A stretch of 64,000 nucleotides of DNA, taken from positions 620,001 to 684,000 of the forward strand of contig JAIVFI010000003.1 of the NCBI GenBank assembly GCA_025558095.1. Reading direction: 5' to 3'. Positions 60,710 through 64,000 of the stretch are shown here, one piece after another (the stretch's first letter is position 1; the number at the start of each line of letters is the position of its first letter). Made by a program: the position numbers and the translations under genes. Under the pieces are notes generated by a model. That model saw nothing but the letters and a program-made list of their open reading frames with translations. It made no database searches and was not told where the DNA came from. This DNA comes from Hyaloraphidium curvatum SAG 235-1. Lineage: Eukaryota; Fungi; Monoblepharomycota.

Positions 60710-63700
60710 ATGCCGCCCGGAGTCAAGGTTCTTATCCCTTTGCTGCTCGTCCGGACCGTACTGAGCGGGCCCGGGCAGGTGGTAACGGAGGCGGGGCAGT
60801 TGGAGTCCGAGTTGCGCTTCCTCCTCCCCGCCCTCACCCAGAAGGAGTCGGACCAGACATGGAACGGGATCAACGACGCGCTGGAGCGCTGGAAGCTGCT
60901 GACGAAGGAGGGCGGCGCGTACAAGCTGCACGACGCGTACTTCGCCTGCCTCCGGCGGATCCAGGCGCACGTCGTCTCCGCGATCCTCTCGGACCGCTCG
61001 AAGCTGTCGCGGACCGCCGTGGAGCTCGTCGAGTGCCTCGCCGTACTCTTCAGGCAGAACTTTGAGCCCTTTGCCGAGGTCTTTGTGACCGCGGTGCTCA
61101 AGCTAAGCACACGGGCAAACCGGGTCTTCGTGTCGTCGGCCACGCAGTGCCTACGCACCGTGGTCGAGCACTGCCCCGTTCCGGGCCTGCTGGAAGCGTT
61201 CCTGGAGGCGTTGCAGAACAAGAACAAGACCATGCGGGCCTGCGCCGCCGAGGCCGCCGCCGCCTGCGTCGAGCACACCCCGCTCCCGCTCCTGCAGGAC
61301 CACGTGGACGAGATTGAGCAGTTCGTGGCCACGGCGGTGGAAGATGCCGAATCCTCCGTGCGGGATTGGGCAAGGTCGTGCTTCGCCCTATATGCGGAAC
61401 GTTTCGCGTCCCGGCTCGAGGGGTGGGTGTCGTGCACGGCCGAGTACCCATCGGGCCATAAATGAGCTCCATGGCCTCCTCCTCCACAGCTTCCAGGCCA
61501 GGCTTTCGCCCAAGGCGAGGAAGTACTTGGCCGTCGCGGCCACGGAACAGACCAAGCGGACGAGCGTTTTCGACGCGCGCCTCCAGGCGCAGCGCGCAAG
61601 AGACAAGCGGACCGTCGGGATGGGCTCTTTTCTGGCCGGCTCGGACGGGGCGAAGGATCCCCACGCCGACGTCTATGGCGTGGGACCGGCTGCCCGGCTA
61701 CAGCTATCCAAGCCGCTGGAAGGCGTGGGTGCGGGGAAAAGCCTGCCGGCGGATCCTTCTGCCGGAGCACTCGGCGCTGCCCGCCGTAAAGCGAGACCAA
61801 GTGTGGCCCCTGGGCTGGATGATCGCGATGCGTCCGACGCCCGTCGTTCGGAGAGTTCGGCCAACACGTCTTCGGCATCGATAAACGTCAAGGACGTTCT
61901 GGACAAGAGCGGAAGCACGATTGCCAATGCCCTGCTTCACGCACAGAGGGTGCCGAAGGTTCCCGTAGATACCGCGTCGCAGGCTTCACGTGGACCAGTG
62001 CGGAGGCTGGCGGGCAACGGTCTGTGCCTTTGAGAATCCGTTGTCGCGCATCTGACAATCCAATCCCCGCAGGAGCGCAACGTGTGGCCGTGGGAGCAAA
62101 GCCGGATGCGGAAAAGGCGATCTCGGAGGTCAAGGTCCAGGAAAACAGCGCCCACCTTGCCCCAGCGGATCCAACACCTGCACCGAAGCCCGCATTGACC
62201 GATGCGAAAGCTCGGGACCAGACGGAGAAGGCACGGTTTGGAACTTTACCCGAGGCCCCGTCGACCTTTACCGAACGACCGCGGAGCGCCATTCCGGTTC
62301 TGAGCCTCACTGTCCACGAAGGGAGCACCCGAGCGGGCGGGCGTGGGGTGGACGACAGCTTTGACCACCTTCATGGAACAAGCGTGAAGCCCGCACTGGC
62401 GTCTTTCCGGGCTCCGCTCTGGTCCGTGCGCTTGCAGGCTTTTGAGAATCTCGCCAGCAGGCTCAAGGACTTGGGCACGGATGGGGATCTACCGGCGGCG
62501 AAAACTGCGGACATCTTGGACACAGGCCTCGACGACACGCACACGAAGGTTGCCCTAGCGGCCATGGAATGCCTCAAGGCGTTCCTCGAGCGTCATCCTG
62601 CCGATGCCAAGCTCTTGGATCTGGTCCTGGGCAAAGTCATCGGTTCGTTGCGGGCCAGTTCCGCGAGCCAGAGTCGCTCGTCAGCCACAAACGCTGCAAA
62701 CGACGTGCTGGACATCCTGAAGCGCACCTGTGATGCGGACGTGCTTCTTGCGTCCTCTCTCAACATCTTGTCGAGCTCTGAATGGAGCAAGGTCTCGCGT
62801 GTTCGGATGGGGGCGTTGGACCTTGCCGCCTCTCTCATTCAGGATCATCCCGCGTTGTTGCTACGTGCGCAAGGTAAGCTCCCCGATGCATTTCCGGACT
62901 TCAGTGTTGACATTCTTGCTCAGTCATGCGCAGCGTCGTTCACAAACTTGCTGCATTCGTCCCTGACGTCGATGCAACTTCATCGCGCCGGCTTCGCTCG
63001 TTGCTCCTCACTCTCGAGGCTTCGTCTTCCGAAAGCTTTTTTGCTGCCGCCACGTCTCTGAAACCCAGCGAGCGAAAGCTTCTCCGGTCCATCCTGATCA
63101 AGGACATTACGGACTGGGATGCCAAGGAGAAGCACGCTTTCGCCAAGCTTCACGCGACAGATGCGGCACCGCAGGTTTGTTCATTCTGCTCGCAAGTGAG
63201 ATGCCCTCTAAGTCTATGTGCGACACAGGCATCCGAGAGCATTTTGTACCCCGAGACTACGTCTCTCGCAGCGCCTCCTTTGCCCAGAAGTCCGACCAAG
63301 GCCGACACGCAGGAAACCTTGGTGCTGTCTTCGGATCAGCGCAGCATTTCCGACGCAAAGCTCCTTGCCGACGAACCTTGCGTTCAGGAGACAGAAATCG
63401 ACCGGCCAGCAGCTTTGGAATCGGAGCACTCGTTCATCGTCGACATACCGGAGCAGCCGAGCGCCAACGTCATCTCCAACGTCTTCGAAGCCCGGCCCAG
63501 CCCACCAGCGGATGTTTCGCTCATCGCGTTCGACAAGTCGTTACACCTTGCGGCGAATGGCCTTCCGAGTCATGCAATGGATCAAGAGGATCAGGACAAC
63601 GACTTTAGCCGCGACCTGATTGCGTTTGACGTCTCGATTATTGCCCGCGTGGCGGTGCCGCTGCTCGAAGAGGAGCCTCCGAAGGATCTTTTCGAACTGG

Positions 63701-64000
63701 GCAGCCCCTTCACAGGCGATGTCGACTCTGGCAATCGCGAGCTCGCGAATGCCGGCTCTGCTCCAGAGGCGCCTCTGGATCATGAACTTCCAACCGCTGA
63801 GGATGTCAGAGACATTTCGGAAGGTAACGCTACATCGGCGGCGCTTACCGTCGCTGCGTCCGAGGGGGCATCGCTTGTTGCCACCGCCGATCCGGCGACG
63901 ACCATACCAGACAGAGAGCTAGACGCTATGGGGGTGGAGGGCGAGGATGTCGAACTTACCGAGAATGTGCCGGAAGCCCGTTTTCAGCACATTGACGACT
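60710..64000 (+). CDS. CLASP/Stu1-like TOG-domain protein (spliced; probably continues beyond the window)
   Basis: CLASP_N motifs KESDQTW, AILSDRSKLSRTA, LKLSTRANRVFVSSA, NKNKTMR and VEDAESSVRDWAR; second HEAT region WSVRLQAFE..GLDDTHTKVA. Confidence 0.82.

Overview
Gene-dense, GC-rich eukaryotic DNA with many short (about 45-70 nt) GT-AG introns and CTRAY-type branch points. The gene content is fungal; an early-diverging, chytrid-like fungus is inferred. About 26 host genes are mostly housekeeping: RPC34, REC114-like, TTC1, RPS21, CLP1, alkaline phosphatase, an ABCB transporter, KGD2, TGS1, condensin YCS4, a kinesin, NCB2, a GRIP golgin, thiolase, TIM17, a PAQR, CSL4, DAHP synthase, VPS5, MRD1, ALG6 and a CLASP/STU1-like gene. 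The standout is an ~8.7 kb mobile element between the divergent RPS21 and CLP1 genes (~4.84-13.58 kb). The ORF track shows it as six separate ORFs. Removing five canonical introns (7410-7466, 8039-8104, 11035-11094, 12662-12710, 12957-13003) joins them into one ~2,697-aa reading frame (5094-13466). The N-terminus is an IS630/Tc1-mariner DDE transposase. The C-terminus is a Fanzor (eukaryotic TnpB-family RNA-guided nuclease) with an intact RuvC D-E-D triad and a zinc finger. About 1,800 aa of largely unassigned, partly zinc-binding sequence lies between them. A structured RNA candidate with box C/D motifs lies directly downstream (candidate omegaRNA or snoRNA), and a weak TA-flanked imperfect inverted repeat may mark the element ends. 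All exon structures and homologies were read by eye, and no database search was run.
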